A DNA stretch of 64,000 bases, taken from NCBI RefSeq assembly GCF_009914755.1, contig NC_060935.1; one strand, written 5' to 3'. This document shows, piece by piece, positions 1 through 12,975 of the stretch. The translations under genes were made by a program, and so were the position numbers. Each line of letters starts with the position of its first letter. Within the stretch, counting starts at the first letter, position 1. The notes below the pieces were generated by a model. That model saw only the letters and a list, made by a program, of their open reading frames with translations. It was not told where the DNA came from and did not search any database. The DNA is from the human T2T-CHM13v2.0 reference genome, Homo sapiens.

Positions 1-775
1 CTTATGGCCTTTACTTATTTCCATCTGCCTTTGCTAAGTTATCTCTTATTTTATTTATGTCTACTCTTTCTCTGATGTTTGAGTATGTCTTGGCTTGCCT
101 TGATGCATAAAGGATAGAATAATCTCCTGACCATCACAAATGATCATCACTAACACAGAGCATATTTCAAATAATACTGCTAATACAAACTTGTGTATAT
201 GACACATAAAATTGGGCCTGGATCACATCTGAAATGCCCAACAGATGATTTGATTTATTTTACTCAAGTGAAAATGAATATTTTATATTTGGCATAATTT
301 CAAATAGCCACAAACTAATAATATGAAAAAACCCTTATGTATTGATTACTTTAATCATCAAATAATCTTTAGCACATACTAAGCCTGATTTATATAAAAA
401 TGGTCTACCAGCAAAAATGTCATCATGTTGTTTGGGATACATGTGTCAATGATAAGAATCCAGAAACTCATTTATCTGGAAGGATCATTAGATTTGCAAT
501 AAGGAATTATATGGTGGGATGTGATTTTCCCGAGATGACTAAACTAAAAATCAACTAAAATTTTCAGATTTTTCATATAGAATTATTTCTACTACACCAT
601 GATTTTGCCTGGAGTCTTTATTTTTACATTGTGAATTAATCCGTAATTAGGCATCATCAGTCTTAAACAAATGTGAAAAGTGGGGAAAATGTCCATGCAG
701 TGCCCCTGCACTTTGATTTGTATTACCTGTTTATTTTTTCCTCTAATGACCTAGGTTGCAATAGATCAAAATTCA

Positions 776-820
776 GTGTGTGTGTGTGTGCGTGTGTGTG
801 TGTGTGTGTGTGTTGTGTGT
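776..820 (+). repeat. (TG)n microsatellite
   Basis: About 20 TG units with one CG and one TT interruption, read directly. Confidence 0.95.
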
Positions 821-1480
821 TTTCAAATAAAACATTGCTTTCATTGGACTTTCATGGCTGGGAAGATTTTAATACATTTATTTCCAAGCACTTGCTCTCT
901 CAGCTTTGAAATTCAGTTTAATTAAATAAAATTTAATAAACATTTAGTGAGCATTCACAATGTGTCTGGTTCTTTGAGTGAGTTATTCCTGGATTCTAGG
1001 AGCTCACAGTAGAGTGTTTCAGAACGGCAAATATCTAAACATTAGCCGGTAATTTTATGCTCCGTATACTGGGTACTAATTTACATAAACATATAAGTAA
1101 AGTCTACACATATGAGACTGTTTTCTTGATAGATCATGGAAGGAAAAATCCATTCAGGGAAAAAAAAGGGAAATACTATATAAATGTCAAAAATCCAGTC
1201 TTTTTAAGAGACATTCTCTGGAAATATCTCTATTTTGAGGTGTAGTAGATTATCTTACATATATATCCACTCACACATACCTTCCAGTTAGAACACTGAA
1301 GCCTCATCATTGTAATTAAAGCAATAAATTTTGTAAAAATGAAAAGGATAATTGTGGGAGGAGATTCTAAACACTCCTTTTCTAATGAGCTGCTCTGTGT
1401 CGCCAGGGGAAACATGGTTGAGTAAGGCATCACATTTTTGACATGGAGCTTCTGACAAATAATCTCAAATTTATCATTGA

Positions 1481-1495
1481 CCCTTTTGTTTACAG
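1481..1495 (+). promoter_or_regulatory. Candidate splice acceptor for the coding exon of the first OR
   Basis: Pyrimidine tract plus CAG (cccttttgtttacag|g), 37 nt before ATG 1533. OR genes typically have a 5'UTR intron ending just before a single coding exon. Confidence 0.6.
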
Positions 1496-1532
1496 GTTCT
1501 GACACCTTAGTCCAATACCTTCAGAAGAACAC

Positions 1533-2476
1533 ATGGAAAATAGGAAAAATTGACTTAATTCATCCTCTTGGGGCTCACACAGAACCCTGAGGGCCAAAAA
1601 GTTTTATTTGTCACATTCTTACTCATCTACATTGTGACGATAATGGGCAACCTCCTTATCATGGTGACCATCATGGCCAGCCAGTCCCTGGGTTCCCCCA
1701 TGTACTTTTTTCTGGCTTCTTTATCATTTATACATACCGTCTATTATACTGCCATTGCTCCCAAAATGATTGTTGACCTGCTCTCTGAGAAAAAGACCAT
1801 TTCTTTTCAGGGTTGTATGGCTCAACTTTTTATGGATCATTTATTTGCTGGTGCTGAAGTCATTCTTCTGGTGGTAATGGCCTATGATCAATATGTGGCC
1901 ATCTGTAAGCCTCTTCATTATTTGATCATCATGAATTGTCGAGTCTGTGTTCTCATGCTGTTGGTGGCCTGGATTGGAGGCTTTCTTCACTCATTGGTTC
2001 AATTTCTCTTTATTTATCAGCTCCCTTTCTGTGGACCCAATGTCATTGACAACTTCCTGTGTGATTTGTATCCCTTATTGAAACTTGCTTGCACCAATAC
2101 CTATGTCACTGGGCTTTCTATGATAGCTAATGGTGGAGCGATTTGTACTGTCACCTTCTTCCCTCTCCTGCTTTCCTATGGGGTCATATTACCCTCTCTT
2201 AAGACTCAGAGTTTGGAAGGGAAATGCAAAGCTTTCTACACCTGTGCATCCCACATCACTGTGATCACTTTATTCTTTGTCCCCTGCATCTTCCTGTTTG
2301 CAAGGCCCAACTCCACCTTTCCCATTGATAAATCCATGACTGTGGTTTTAACTTGTATAACTCCCATGCTGAAACCACTAATCTATGCCCTGAGGAATGC
2401 AGAAATGAAAAGTGCCATGAGGAAACTTTGGAGTGAAAAAGTAAGCTTAGCTGGAAAAGGGCTGTATCCCTCATGA
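1533..2476 (+). pseudogene. OR4A21P: Olfactory receptor pseudogene, OR4A subfamily, close paralog of OR4A15
   Basis: ATG 1533 reads MENRKN, then a 1-nt deletion (GTG>TG) gives TGA at 1551; the correct frame also has GAA>TAA at 1556. 1559-2476 is open with GN, PMYFFL, MAYDQY (R>Q), [17 protein letters not shown] and PMLKPLIY (N>K). Nearly identical to my recollection of OR4A15. The symbol is tentative, from recalled cluster order and spacing; the OR4A pseudogene call itself is secure. Confidence 0.85.
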
Positions 2477-2774
2477 GAATATGACTTTCATTCTTTCACA
2501 GAAGCAAGGAATAATTTCACTATCCTATCAGATTACATTTCTGTTATCATTCGCCTTTAGTTATTTAGCTTACTTATTCTGAAGCAATTATATACATTAA
2601 TATTTATGTAAGTACAATATGTTAAGCCCATTACAGACCAAGATAATTGCATAGGTTTAACAGTGTATAGTGTTTTTTTAATCATACTGTGTTAAGATTC
2701 TTTAGTAGTAACGATATTTAGTTTTATTTCAAGCTGTTTTTAATTTTAAAAATCATTTATTTTTCTTTTGTATT

Positions 2775-2945
2775 TAGTTTAAATTGACAATAATTTAGTA
2801 TATTTATGGAGTACAATGTGATGTTCTGATTTATGTATACATTATAGAAATATTTAATCAATCTAATGAAGATATCTATCACCTCCCCAACATCGTTTTT
2901 TAAATTTTTTTTTGTGGTGGAAACATCAGAAATCTATTCTTGTTT
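2775..2945 (-). mobile_element. Old L1 (L1MA-type) 3' end fragment
   Basis: tatatttatggagtacaatgtgatgtt...atctatcacctc resembles the antisense L1MA 3'UTR. Confidence 0.6.
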
Positions 2946-4004
2946 ATGGGCTATATCTTTCTGGCACATGTAAATGTGACCTAAAAAATTTGTTAACTTT
3001 AGTCCGAGGGACTGATATTTTAAACTTGAAAATTCAGATTGTTAGAAGATTATTAATCTAACAGTAAAAATAAATGTCAAATCAATGAATTCAAAGTTTC
3101 ATAGATATGTTCATAGATGAGGACAAATCTACTTTGTTATAAAGAAATAAACTTTGTTAATTTTATACTGTGATGGAGTTAAGATGTCCAGATAGCATAT
3201 AATTGTTTTTGTATATTTCAATTAACTTTTGAATAGGAAAATTGTTCAATCCCATTCTGTATATCTAGATCAATTGGCCTCCTCCAATAGTTGAAATACA
3301 TGCTTAAGTCACTCGTGTAACAGTAGAGCCCACAGAATCTACCTACATTAAACTCTCTGGGTGGACTTAAAAAAAAAAACAGAATGAATGTTAAACATTT
3401 TTGGAACGGATTGCTTTGTTTTACACAGTAAATGGCTTTCAGAATCTCTGTGAACTATATGTTCTCACTGACTGAAGTGATACATCAAAGGTGTCTTCTC
3501 TGTTTAGAGTTGCTCTAGAGTAGGTTTAGAGAGCTAATACTGTATTACAAAGATAATTTTTAAGGGCTCTGGCATTACATATTGCCTTGATGAAGTCAAC
3601 CTACAGCATCCATATTAAGGTAAAAAGTTGGTATCTTTTTTTCATTTTCCTTTCCTCAGTTTATAATAGATTTACTTAATGCACTTTGAAATATTAATGC
3701 TTCCAGTTATTCAACACATATTGAACAAAAAATATGCCATGAAATCGTATTTATTCTTTAGTGAAGAAAATAAAAAGTGATGTAGATTATTTAGTAAGAA
3801 AGGAATCTAATAGCAGGAATTAGAACTTCATAATCATTGGAATTGGGGACTCTGGCATCTGGATACTGGAGTGAGCATAGTTAGGATCAGGGATTTGCCA
3901 CCCAAGCCATGATGCAGAGATGAGGAAGCTAAACTCAGGAAGAAAGTTCTCTTGTCTTCTGCACATGCTTCTCAAAGTCCTCTCTTGCCCTGAGTTTTAT
4001 ATCA

Positions 4005-4308
4005 AGATAATTTTCTCTGAAAGTTTAAAGTTTTGCCTTTCACACTAACTTGTCTGGTCTCTTTACACCACATAAGGTTTGAATTTTCAGGTATGGTGTG
4101 AGGTGGAAATGCACTTCACTTTCTTATCATGAAAATAATTTTCCCATCGCATTATTGAATAATCATTTAATTGTCTACTACCTTGCAATACAAGTACTTT
4201 TATATATAAAATGCAAATATAAAAATTGTTCCATTTCCTACTTTTCAATTTTGTTCAATTAGTCTAATCATTTATTCAAGAAGCCAGTACTACAGTATGT
4301 AATTTACT
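4005..4308 (-). mobile_element. Ancient L1 (L1M/L1ME) ORF2 fragment
   Basis: Degenerate gtatggtgtgaggt, cattattgaata and gccagtactacagt motifs of antisense L1 ORF2. Confidence 0.55.
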
Positions 4309-4309
4309 G

Positions 4310-5545
4310 AGTGTTTCAGATACTATTGCTGTATAATGAATTACCTTAACATTTAGTGGTTTAAAACACTGATCATCACTTAATTATGTCAGATAGTTCT
4401 GTGAGTCAGGAACTTGCAAGCAGCAGCTCAGCTAGATACTTCTAGCTCAGGGTATCTCGAGGTTGCAGTCAGAAATTGGCTGGTGCTTAAGTCATATAAA
4501 ACGTTTCTTCAGTCACATGTCTGGTATGTAGGCCTGAAAGTCTTGAACAGTGAGGGCTAAAATAGTTGGTGCTTCTTGGGCATCTTCCCCTTTGTGTATG
4601 TAATTTTCCCATATGGCCTCTCAAGCATGCTGGATTGAGGATACTGCAGGCATTTCACATGGTAGCTCAGAGCTCTAAAAACCATGTGTCCCAAGAGAGT
4701 GAGCCAGGTGGAAGCGGTGGTGTTTCTTTGACCTAACCTTGAAAGTCACGTAGAAAGATTCTGCCATATTCCATTAGTCAAGACACCATAAACTCTCTCC
4801 CACATGCAAGCAAAGAGGATAGAGTCCACTTCCTGATGGGGAAATGGCAATGCTTTGGAAGACCATATGCAACAAGACATACAGTTGCAGAAATACAATC
4901 TGCCACAGTATGCCCCTGCTTACAAAGCACACATCCTCCAATAAACACTGTACACTCCCCTTCCTTTTCTCCAGGCCCCCTTCCCAAATTTCATTCACTT
5001 ACAGCATCAGGCTCAGTTTGAGATCCAGGACCTCATCATCTAAATCATGTCCAGCTGTGGCTGAGGAGGCTCCTGTTGTGTTGTTCCTCCTGCAGTGTGG
5101 TTCCTTGAGTATTATTCCTTTCCATTGAAATTTTCAATTGGAAGACCTTTGAATTAAAGAAACAGGTTATCTGCCCCTTCCTGCCCTGCCAATGTACGAT
5201 GGTATGACAGGTAAGACATAACCCCTATAGATACATTCAGAAAGGAGAGGAAAAAAAAATACAGTGGCTGTTCCATAGCAATTCTGAAACTCATCTAGTT
5301 ACATATCTTTTCAGTTCTTTGATTATTGTCCAGCCTACTTAGTGCAGTGACTTTACATGACTCTTATTTCTTCTCTTGGGCTTTGGATTCGGTCTTCTCA
5401 GCTATCTGTTCTTTTCCATAATAAACCTGTGTTCCATAAAAAACCTTTGTTTGTAGATTAGTAGTTTGCTCCTCCTGCTTCATATCCATAGAAGTTCGGA
5501 GGTCCAAAGTTATTTTATCACTTCATTTTAAACTGTCCCTCTTTG
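4310..5545 (-). mobile_element. MaLR MLT1-type LTR (~4310-4907) plus adjacent MLT1 internal sequence
   Basis: ctattgctgtataatgaattacc...agtggtttaaaac at one end and aatctgccaca at the other, followed by MLT1-int-like sequence. Confidence 0.7.
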
Positions 5546-6617
5546 TCCACACTGCTAATAAATACATACCTGAGACTAGGTAATTTATAAAGGAAAGAGG
5601 TTTAATTGACTCACCATTCAACATGGTTGGGGAGGCCTCAGGACACTTACAATCATGGCAGAAGGGAAAGTAAGCATACCCTTCTTCACATGGTGGCAGG
5701 AGCAAAACGGGAAGAAGCCCCTTATAAAACCATCAGATCTTGTGGAACTCACTCACTATCATGAGAACAGCAGCATGGGTGTAACTGTCCCCATGATTCA
5801 ATTATCTCCCACCAGGCTCCTTCCACAACACATGGGGATTATAGGAACTACAATTAAAGTTGAGATTTTGGTGAGAACACAGCCAAACCATATCATTCCT
5901 CCTCTGGCCCCTCCAAAATCTCATGTCCTCACAGTTTAAAACACAATCATGCCTTCCCAACAGTTCCCTAAAGCCTTAACTCATTCCAACATTAACCCAA
6001 ATGTCCAAGTCCAAAGTCTTATCTAAGACAAGGCAAGTCCCTTCCATCTAGTAGCCTGCAAAATCAAAAACATAGTTAGTTACTTCCTAGATACAATGGG
6101 AGTACAGGCATTGGGTAAATACACCCATTCCAAATGGGGGAAATTGGTCAAAACAAAGGGGCTACAGGACCCATTCAACTCCAAAATCCAATAGGGCAGT
6201 CATTAAAGCTTAAAGTTCCAAAATGTCCTCATTTGACTTCACGTCTCACATCCAGGTCACACTGATGCAAGAGGTGGGCTACCACAGCCTTGAGCAGATC
6301 TTCCCCCTTGGCTTTGAATGGTACAGCTCCCTCCAAGCTGCTTTCATGGCTGGCATTGAGTGTCTGTGGCTTTTCCAGGTGCATAGCGCAAGCTGTTAGT
6401 GGATCTACCATTCTAGGGTCTGGAGGATGGTGACATTCTTCTCACAGCTCCACTAGGCCCTGCCCCAGTGGGAACTCTGTGTGGGGGCTCCCACCTCATA
6501 TTTCCATTCCACACTGCCCTAGCAGATGTTCTCCATGAGGGCTCCACCCATGTAGCAAACTTCTGCTTGGACATCCTCTGAAATCTAGGTGGAGGTTTTC
6601 AAACCTTAATTCTTGAT
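5546..6617 (-). mobile_element. MaLR THE1 LTR (5546-5895) plus THE1-int 3' portion
   Basis: gagactaggtaatttataaaggaaagaggtttaattgactcac...cagccaaaccatatca, then the typical THE1-int ctggcccctccaaaatctcatgtcctcac. Confidence 0.9.
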
Positions 6618-6659
6618 GGATGTATAAATGTCTATATAGGGTAACTATATAGGGTACCT

Positions 6660-6870
6660 GATATCTGAAGTAAAGTTACTTTGGTATGAGGGACCAAGTA
6701 GAACTATTTGGAACGAACCTTTTTTTACCCAAATAGTAAGCAAAAAGCAGCACCACACCCTTGGGATACTTGGAAAAATTAGTGCTAACAAGAAATTTGA
6801 TAGATGCAGATAGTGATTCTTACCACATTTCCATTTAATTTACTTGTTTATCTTAGGAATAAGACGGAGA
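6660..6870 (+). mobile_element. Degenerate ERVL-class pol (RT N-terminus) fragment
   Basis: aaatagtaagcaaaaagcagcaccacacccttggga...attagtgct...gatgcaga.tagtgattcttaccacatttccatttaat resembles ERVL pol KIVNQKQYRIPGG..EISA...DAGVVIPTTSPFN (recalled). Confidence 0.6.
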
Positions 6871-7109
6871 GACAGGCTTAATCTGTGTGGAAGTGGAAGT
6901 TTAAAAACCTCATATCATTAATCTTTAATTTTTGTGATTTGCCTTTATAGTAGTCCCCTGTTATAAGCAGGGGATACATTCCAAGACCCCCAGTGGATAC
7001 CTGAAACTGAGGATAGTAATGAACTCGATTGCTGTAAATCAGAATATGATAATGTTCATGTCTTTTACCTACAAACTTAATGTCTTTTCCATCTTAACTA
7101 AGCATTTAT

Positions 7110-7818
7110 ACATACAGAAGAGCTGGGCTCCCGAGTAAACCCCACCTTTAAACCTGGATCCGCAGCCCTAAGCGAAAACAACTGACCCTGGTTTTCCACC
7201 CAAACATTGCCTTTTTGGATTGCCCCACCCCTATCCTGTGCCCATAAAAGACTTCAGCTGACAGGGCAACACAAGCAGCTGAGTGTGTAAGATACAAGAG
7301 GCTGAGTGGAGAGCAGAGAAGCAACTGAGCATCAGAGACTATGGATAGATGTGGCTAACTTCAGACAGTATGGCTTCAGGGAAAGATCACCTTCCCATCC
7401 CCTTTCCAGCCTCTCTTTCTGCTGAAAGCCACCCACCACTCAATAAAGTCGTCCTTATGCATCTCCTTTCAAACAGTTCATGTGACCTGATTCTTCCTGG
7501 ATTGGACAGGAACCTAGGTGCCAAGGTGGCAGGGGCTACCACCCTGACCTTCCACTGAGCTGGTTGGCACTTGGCCATCCCTGGGTGGCAGAGCTGAAAG
7601 AGTATTGGTTGTAACACACTTGGATGCTGCTGCGGGGCCCACAAAGAGCCTGCTCCTGCCAGAGCGGAGTGACCAGCCAGTTCCAGTGTTTGTTCCCTCT
7701 GGTTCCCACACTTGCTCACTTGCATGCTCCCTCCCACGAATGGCTAGCAGTGAACTCAGTGAAATGAGCCACTCCAGTTCCTGCACGTGAAGGAGGTCAA
7801 GGGAACTATCTCATCTCA
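7110..7818 (+). mobile_element. Solo ERV1 LTR (LTR1/LTR27/LTR28 group)
   Basis: Starts ..atacagaagagctgggctccc; TATA-like cccataaaa ~7241; AATAAA 7442; ends tctca; 4-bp TSD TTAT at 7106-7109 and 7819-7822. Confidence 0.8.
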
Positions 7819-8370
7819 TTATCACACACTATGGCCATAACTTTTGTAATATGATGTGTGACAGCAAAACTAGCATAAATTTCTTTTTCCTCTATCACAA
7901 TTTTACAAACATAAGATTTGTTTTTACCGTAGATCTTAGCAACTTCAGCAGAGTATTTTTTTTCTTTTATTATTAAGTTGAGAACTTCTTTTCACTTAAA
8001 GGAAGCACTTTATGTCTTCTCTTTGGCATATCCAAATTGCCAGCATCATATTCTTGCACTATTTCTGCCCATTATTAAGTAAAATAAGAGTTACTTGAAC
8101 ACAAGCAGTGTGATTTTGCAACTGTCAATCTAATAACTCAGATGGCTACTACGGGACTAATCTGCAGGGGGCATCTACAGTGCTGGACAAAGGGATGATT
8201 CACTTCATGGGCAGGAGTGAGCAGGGTGGCTTATGATGGTAACATAATACTCAGATTGGCCTGCAATTTAAAACTTATGAATTGTTAATTTCTGGAATAT
8301 TTCATTTAATATTTTGGACCATGGTTGACCACAGATAACTGAATCTGTGGAAAGCAAAACCTCAGATAAG

Positions 8371-8713
<343 letters not shown>

Positions 8714-8909
8714 AAAACCTCAGATAAGAGAGGAGTACTGTATATATTAAGACCCTAGAGGACAGAGTCAAAGGATGTATTTGGTTATAATCTCTCAGCA
8801 TCTTCATTTCCAAAATGACATCTCTCACTTGAAAAGCAAGGGGGCTAATTGAAGCAATTATATAGATCAATTAAGCAAACAGAACAATACCTTTGGTTTG
8901 AATTATTCT

Positions 8910-9415
8910 TTTTTTAAATTTTATTATTATTATACTTTAAGTTTTAGGGTATATGTACACAACGTTCAGGTTTGCTACATATGTATACATGTGCCATGTT
9001 GGTGTGCTGCACCCATTAACTCGTCATTTAGCATTAGGTATATCTCCTAATGCTATCCCTCCCCCCACCCCACAACAGTCCCCGGTGTGTGATGTTCCCC
9101 TTCCTGTGTCCATGTGTTCTTATTGTTCAATTCCCACCTATGAGTGAGAACATGCAGTGTCTGGTTTTTTGTCTTTGTGATAGTTTGCTGAGAATGATGG
9201 TTTCCAGCTTCATCCATGTCCCTACAAAGGACATGAATGCATCATTTTTTATGGCTGCATAGTATTCCGTGGTGTATATGTGCCACATTTTCTTAATCCA
9301 GTCTATCATTGTTGGACATTTGTGTTGATTCCAAGTCTTTGCTACTGTGAATAGTGCCACAATAAACATACATGTGCATGTGTCTTTATAGCAGGATAAT
9401 TTATAATCCTTTGGG
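8910..9415 (-). mobile_element. 5'-truncated L1PA 3' end
   Basis: ORF2 C-terminus (...CMFSLIGGN) and 3'UTR; TSD tggtttgaattattct at 8894-8909 and 9416-9431. Confidence 0.95.
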
Positions 9416-9459
9416 TGGTTTGAATTATTCTAACAGATTGGAACTCAGGAAACTAATTC

Positions 9460-10175
9460 TTTTTTAAAAAATTTATTTTTTTAATTGTCAAATAATAATT
9501 GTACATATTCATGGGGTACAAAGTATCATTTCCATACATATAATGTATGGTGATTAGATCAGGGTAATTAACATATCCATCATCTCAAACATTTATCATT
9601 TCTTTGTATTGGGAACAGTCAATACTCTCCTTCTAGCTATTTTGAACTATGTAGTATAATATATATTGTACTATATAATACGTATTAATATATAATATAT
9701 ATACTGTTGTTAACTATAATATACTGTTGTTAACTATAGTCATCCTACAGTGGCATAGAACACTAGAATTTATTCCTCCTGTCCATCTGTAATTTTATAG
9801 CCTTTAATGAATCTCTTGCTATCCCTCCCTTCCCCCTATGCTTCCCAGCCTCTAGTATTCTCTGTTCTACCTTTGACACCTATGAGATCAGCTCTTTTTA
9901 GCTTCCACATATGAGTGAGACTATGTGGAGTTTAACTTTCTGTTTCTGGCTTATTTCACTTAATTTCCTCCAGTTCCATCTATGTTGTAATGAATGACAA
10001 AATTTCATTTTTTTTTTTATGGCTGAATAGCATTCCATGTTGTATATATACATTTCCTTTATCCATCCATGTGTTGTTGGAAAATTAGGTTGATTCCATA
10101 TCTTGGATATTGTGAATAGTGCTGCAATAAAAATGGGGATGTAGATGTCTCTTTGATACAATGATTTATTTTATT
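9460..10175 (-). mobile_element. L1MA-type 3' end
   Basis: ataataattgtacatattcatggggtac 3'UTR plus degenerate ORF2 C-terminus ([15 protein letters not shown]); contains a ~21-bp tandem duplication near 9699-9740. Confidence 0.85.
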
Positions 10176-10178
10176 TCT

Positions 10179-11398
10179 TATTGGAACAGGAATTAATAAA
10201 AACCACAATGAGATACCATCTCACACCAGTTAGAATGGCAATCATTAAAAAGTCAGGAAACAACAGGTGCTGGAGAGGATGTGGAGAAATAGGAACACTT
10301 TTACACTGTTGGTGGGACTGTAAACTAGTTCAACCATTGTGGAAGTCAGTGTGGAGATTCCTCAGGGATCTAGAACTAGAAATACCATTTGACCCAGCTA
10401 TACCATTACTGGGTATATACCCAAAGGATTATAAATCATGCTGCTATAAAGACACATGCACACGTATGTTTATTGCAGCACTATTCACAATAGCAAAGAC
10501 TTGGAAGCAACCCAAATGTCCAGCAATGATAGACTGGATTAAGCAAATGTGGCACATATACACCATGGAATACTATGCAGCCATAAAAAATGAAGAATTC
10601 ATGTCCTTTGTAGGGACATGGATGAAACTGGAAACTATCATTCTCAGCAAACTATCACAAGGACAAAAAAACAAACACTGCATGTTCTCACTCATAGGTG
10701 GGAATTGAACAATGAGAACACATGGACACAGGAAGGGGAACATCACACTCCAGGGACTGTTGTGGGTTGGGGTAGGGCGGAGGGAAAGCATTAGGAGATA
10801 TACCTAGTGCTAAATGACGAGTTAATGGTTGCAGCACACCAGCATGGCACATGTATACATATGTAACTAACCTGCACATTGTGCACATGTACCTTAAAAC
10901 TTAAAGTATAATAATAATACAATTAAAAAAAGAAATTAAAGAGTGTGTAAGCAGAAACTCAGTTGTATGTAAAAAAAACCAATTCCCCTGAGAAGAGAAA
11001 GAGCTGTAGTCCTTTAAAATTTAACTGCCTGTTTTTCTGTGGCTAGTGAGCCTTATCTCTCCTCCTTTCCCAGGCATTGTGAAGACCCTATTTCCCTAGA
11101 TGTGAAGCTGCAAGGTCACAGATAAACTCAAGTCACAAAACATGTTTTTCCTTGAAAAGTAAGAAAAGATGTAATGCATGTCTCAATTGATTGAATAACT
11201 GCCTTTGTTTCTCGCTTCCGTAGTATGCTTCCCCCTAGACAGATCTCCCCCAACCCCACAAAATACTTAAAAGGTAACTTAACTCTTTGTTCAGGGCTCA
11301 GTCCTTTGGATGTTAATCCAATTAGACCAGTGCACCTAAATAATAAATATCCTCCTGAACCCCACTGGTGTCTCTGATTCCTTAAAAATCCCGCAACA
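10179..11398 (+). mobile_element. ERV1 5' LTR (probably LTR10 family, HERV-I/IP), split by an L1 about 18 nt from its start
   Basis: tattggaacaggaattaa at 10179 continues after the L1 tail as aaagaaattaaagagtgtgtaagcagaaactc; AATAAA ~11343; ends ...caaca 11398 just before a PBS. Confidence 0.75.
10197..10925 (+). mobile_element. 5'-truncated L1PA (ORF2 C-terminus plus 3'UTR)
   Basis: [32 protein letters not shown]...FSLIGGN, 3'UTR and A-rich tail. Confidence 0.95.
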
Positions 11399-11402
11399 TT
11401 TC

Positions 11403-11420
11403 TGGGGGCTTCCCTGGGAT
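11403..11420 (+). other. Retroviral primer binding site, tRNA-Pro-like
   Basis: tgggggcttccctgggat matches 14/18 of the Pro PBS TGGGGGCTCGTCCGGGAT and lies 4 nt after the LTR end. Confidence 0.7.
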
Positions 11421-12280
11421 TGGAGACGACAGATTTGCTGTCTCCTTTGCCTGTGAGAATACAGCCCCGGGGCCGGGGGAGACCCAGCATCCAAGACGCA
11501 CTGCGGGGAAGATTCACCTGGATGGAGACCGGCTCTTCCCGCGTCCCAGTGGCCTGCCCAGCAGCGTAACGGAACTGGGGATGGGGTTGCAGGATGATAC
11601 CAGCACTTCAGGAACCATGGTAAGGAGCAAGGGCCCAAGGCAAGGAAGCCCGTCGCATAAGGATGAAGGGGAGCTTGATCACCTCCTGGGGAACAGCCAC
11701 TAATCCAACCCAGACGCGGCTGGGGGTGGCAGGAGTGGCTTGTCAACTTGGATGAACCTCATGTCCCCACTAATAAAGTGAAAATGGTTCACTGGATCTG
11801 GAGACAGGAACTAGTAGTGTGTCGGTGCATATGAACCTGCCCAGGACATGAGAGAGGCTCGTTTAGTCTGATGAGGTGCCCTGGGGTACGAGTGGTGTAT
11901 GTATGTGTGTGAATGTGGGAGCCTAACTAGGCCCACCGGGGACATGAGAGAGGCTCATTTTGTGTGATGAGGAGTGCTGGGGCAGGGAAGGAGTATGAAA
12001 GTGTGTGAAAGAGAGACAGTCTCAGGAGAGGCCAATGCAGGGAATGAGATGGGGAGGCACAGATCCCTTAGCACGGGCTGTGTGCTCTGAGGCGACTGAG
12101 GGAGAAATCAGACCTAGGACACTGCATATGGCTGACCTTAGGACCACCTTCGCAGCTGCAGCAGGCTGTGATGGGGAAGGCACGTTCCTGCCTAAGCAGC
12201 ATCCGAAACTCTTGTAATAGGACCCATTCTGGTGGACCCGAGAGTGAAAATGAGAGTGAAAGTGTGCCGCAAGGGAGGAA

Positions 12281-12975
12281 ATGGGAGGGAAAGCATCGAA
12301 ACCAACTCCTTTGGAGTGCGTGATAAAGAATTTTAAAAAGGATTTAGAGGTGATTATGGGATGAAACTGGATGCTCAAAAGTTAAGGACATACTGTGAGA
12401 TAGACTGGCCTGCTTTCAATGTGGGTTGGCCCTCTGAAGGTACAATAGACATGGAAATAATTGGCCGTGTGTTTAATGTGGTCACTGGAGCTGGAGGATA
12501 ACCAGGATACCCAGACCAGTTCTCCTATGTAGACTCTAGGCTCAATGTGGCACAAACTCGCCCCAAGTGGCTACAGGCCTGCCTAGAGGGATTTTACAAG
12601 GCATTAGTGGCTCAGGCAGCCCAATCAAAGGAAGAAAGAAAAAACAGAAATAGGAACAAAGAGATGGCTCAATTTATAGCTGCTACACTAGCAGAAAGTA
12701 ATCCTGGATTTGCTAGAAGGCGTGGCCGAGTCAGAGGCTGAGGAAGGGGGCAGAAAAGACCGGGAGAGGAAAGCCAGTCCTGATTGGACAGCAACCAATG
12801 TGCAAGGTGCAGGCAAATGGGCTACTGGAAAGATGAGTGTTCTGAAAAGGAAAAGGATGAAAATGATGGTCAATGGTCTAACACCTGAGTGAGATGTTTG
12901 GTTGCTAGTCATGGCGCCTCAAAGGCAGATCCTGATTTGATTGGCTTAGCAGGGGCTGAGAATTTTGAGGACTGA
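12281..12975 (+). pseudogene. Endogenous gammaretrovirus-like gag, disrupted, capsid largely deleted
   Basis: MGGKASKPTPLEC...RTYCEIDWPAFNVGWPSEGT...PGYPDQF (matrix); zinc knuckle CARCRQMGYWKDEC at 12799-12840 (H>Y); gag stop TGA at 12973; several frameshifts and stops. Confidence 0.85.

Noticed and set aside
1568-2476. 302-aa ORF as an intact olfactory receptor gene
   Set aside because: It starts at TTG; the real ATG (1533) is cut off by a frameshift and stop, and the DRY and NP motifs are mutated.
11868-11893. Hammerhead-like CTGATGA followed by a GTGCC/GGTAC hairpin in the ERV leader
   Set aside because: It is followed by GAGT rather than GAAA, has an extra G before the stem, no stem III or cleavage triplet, and the second repeat copy lacks the core.
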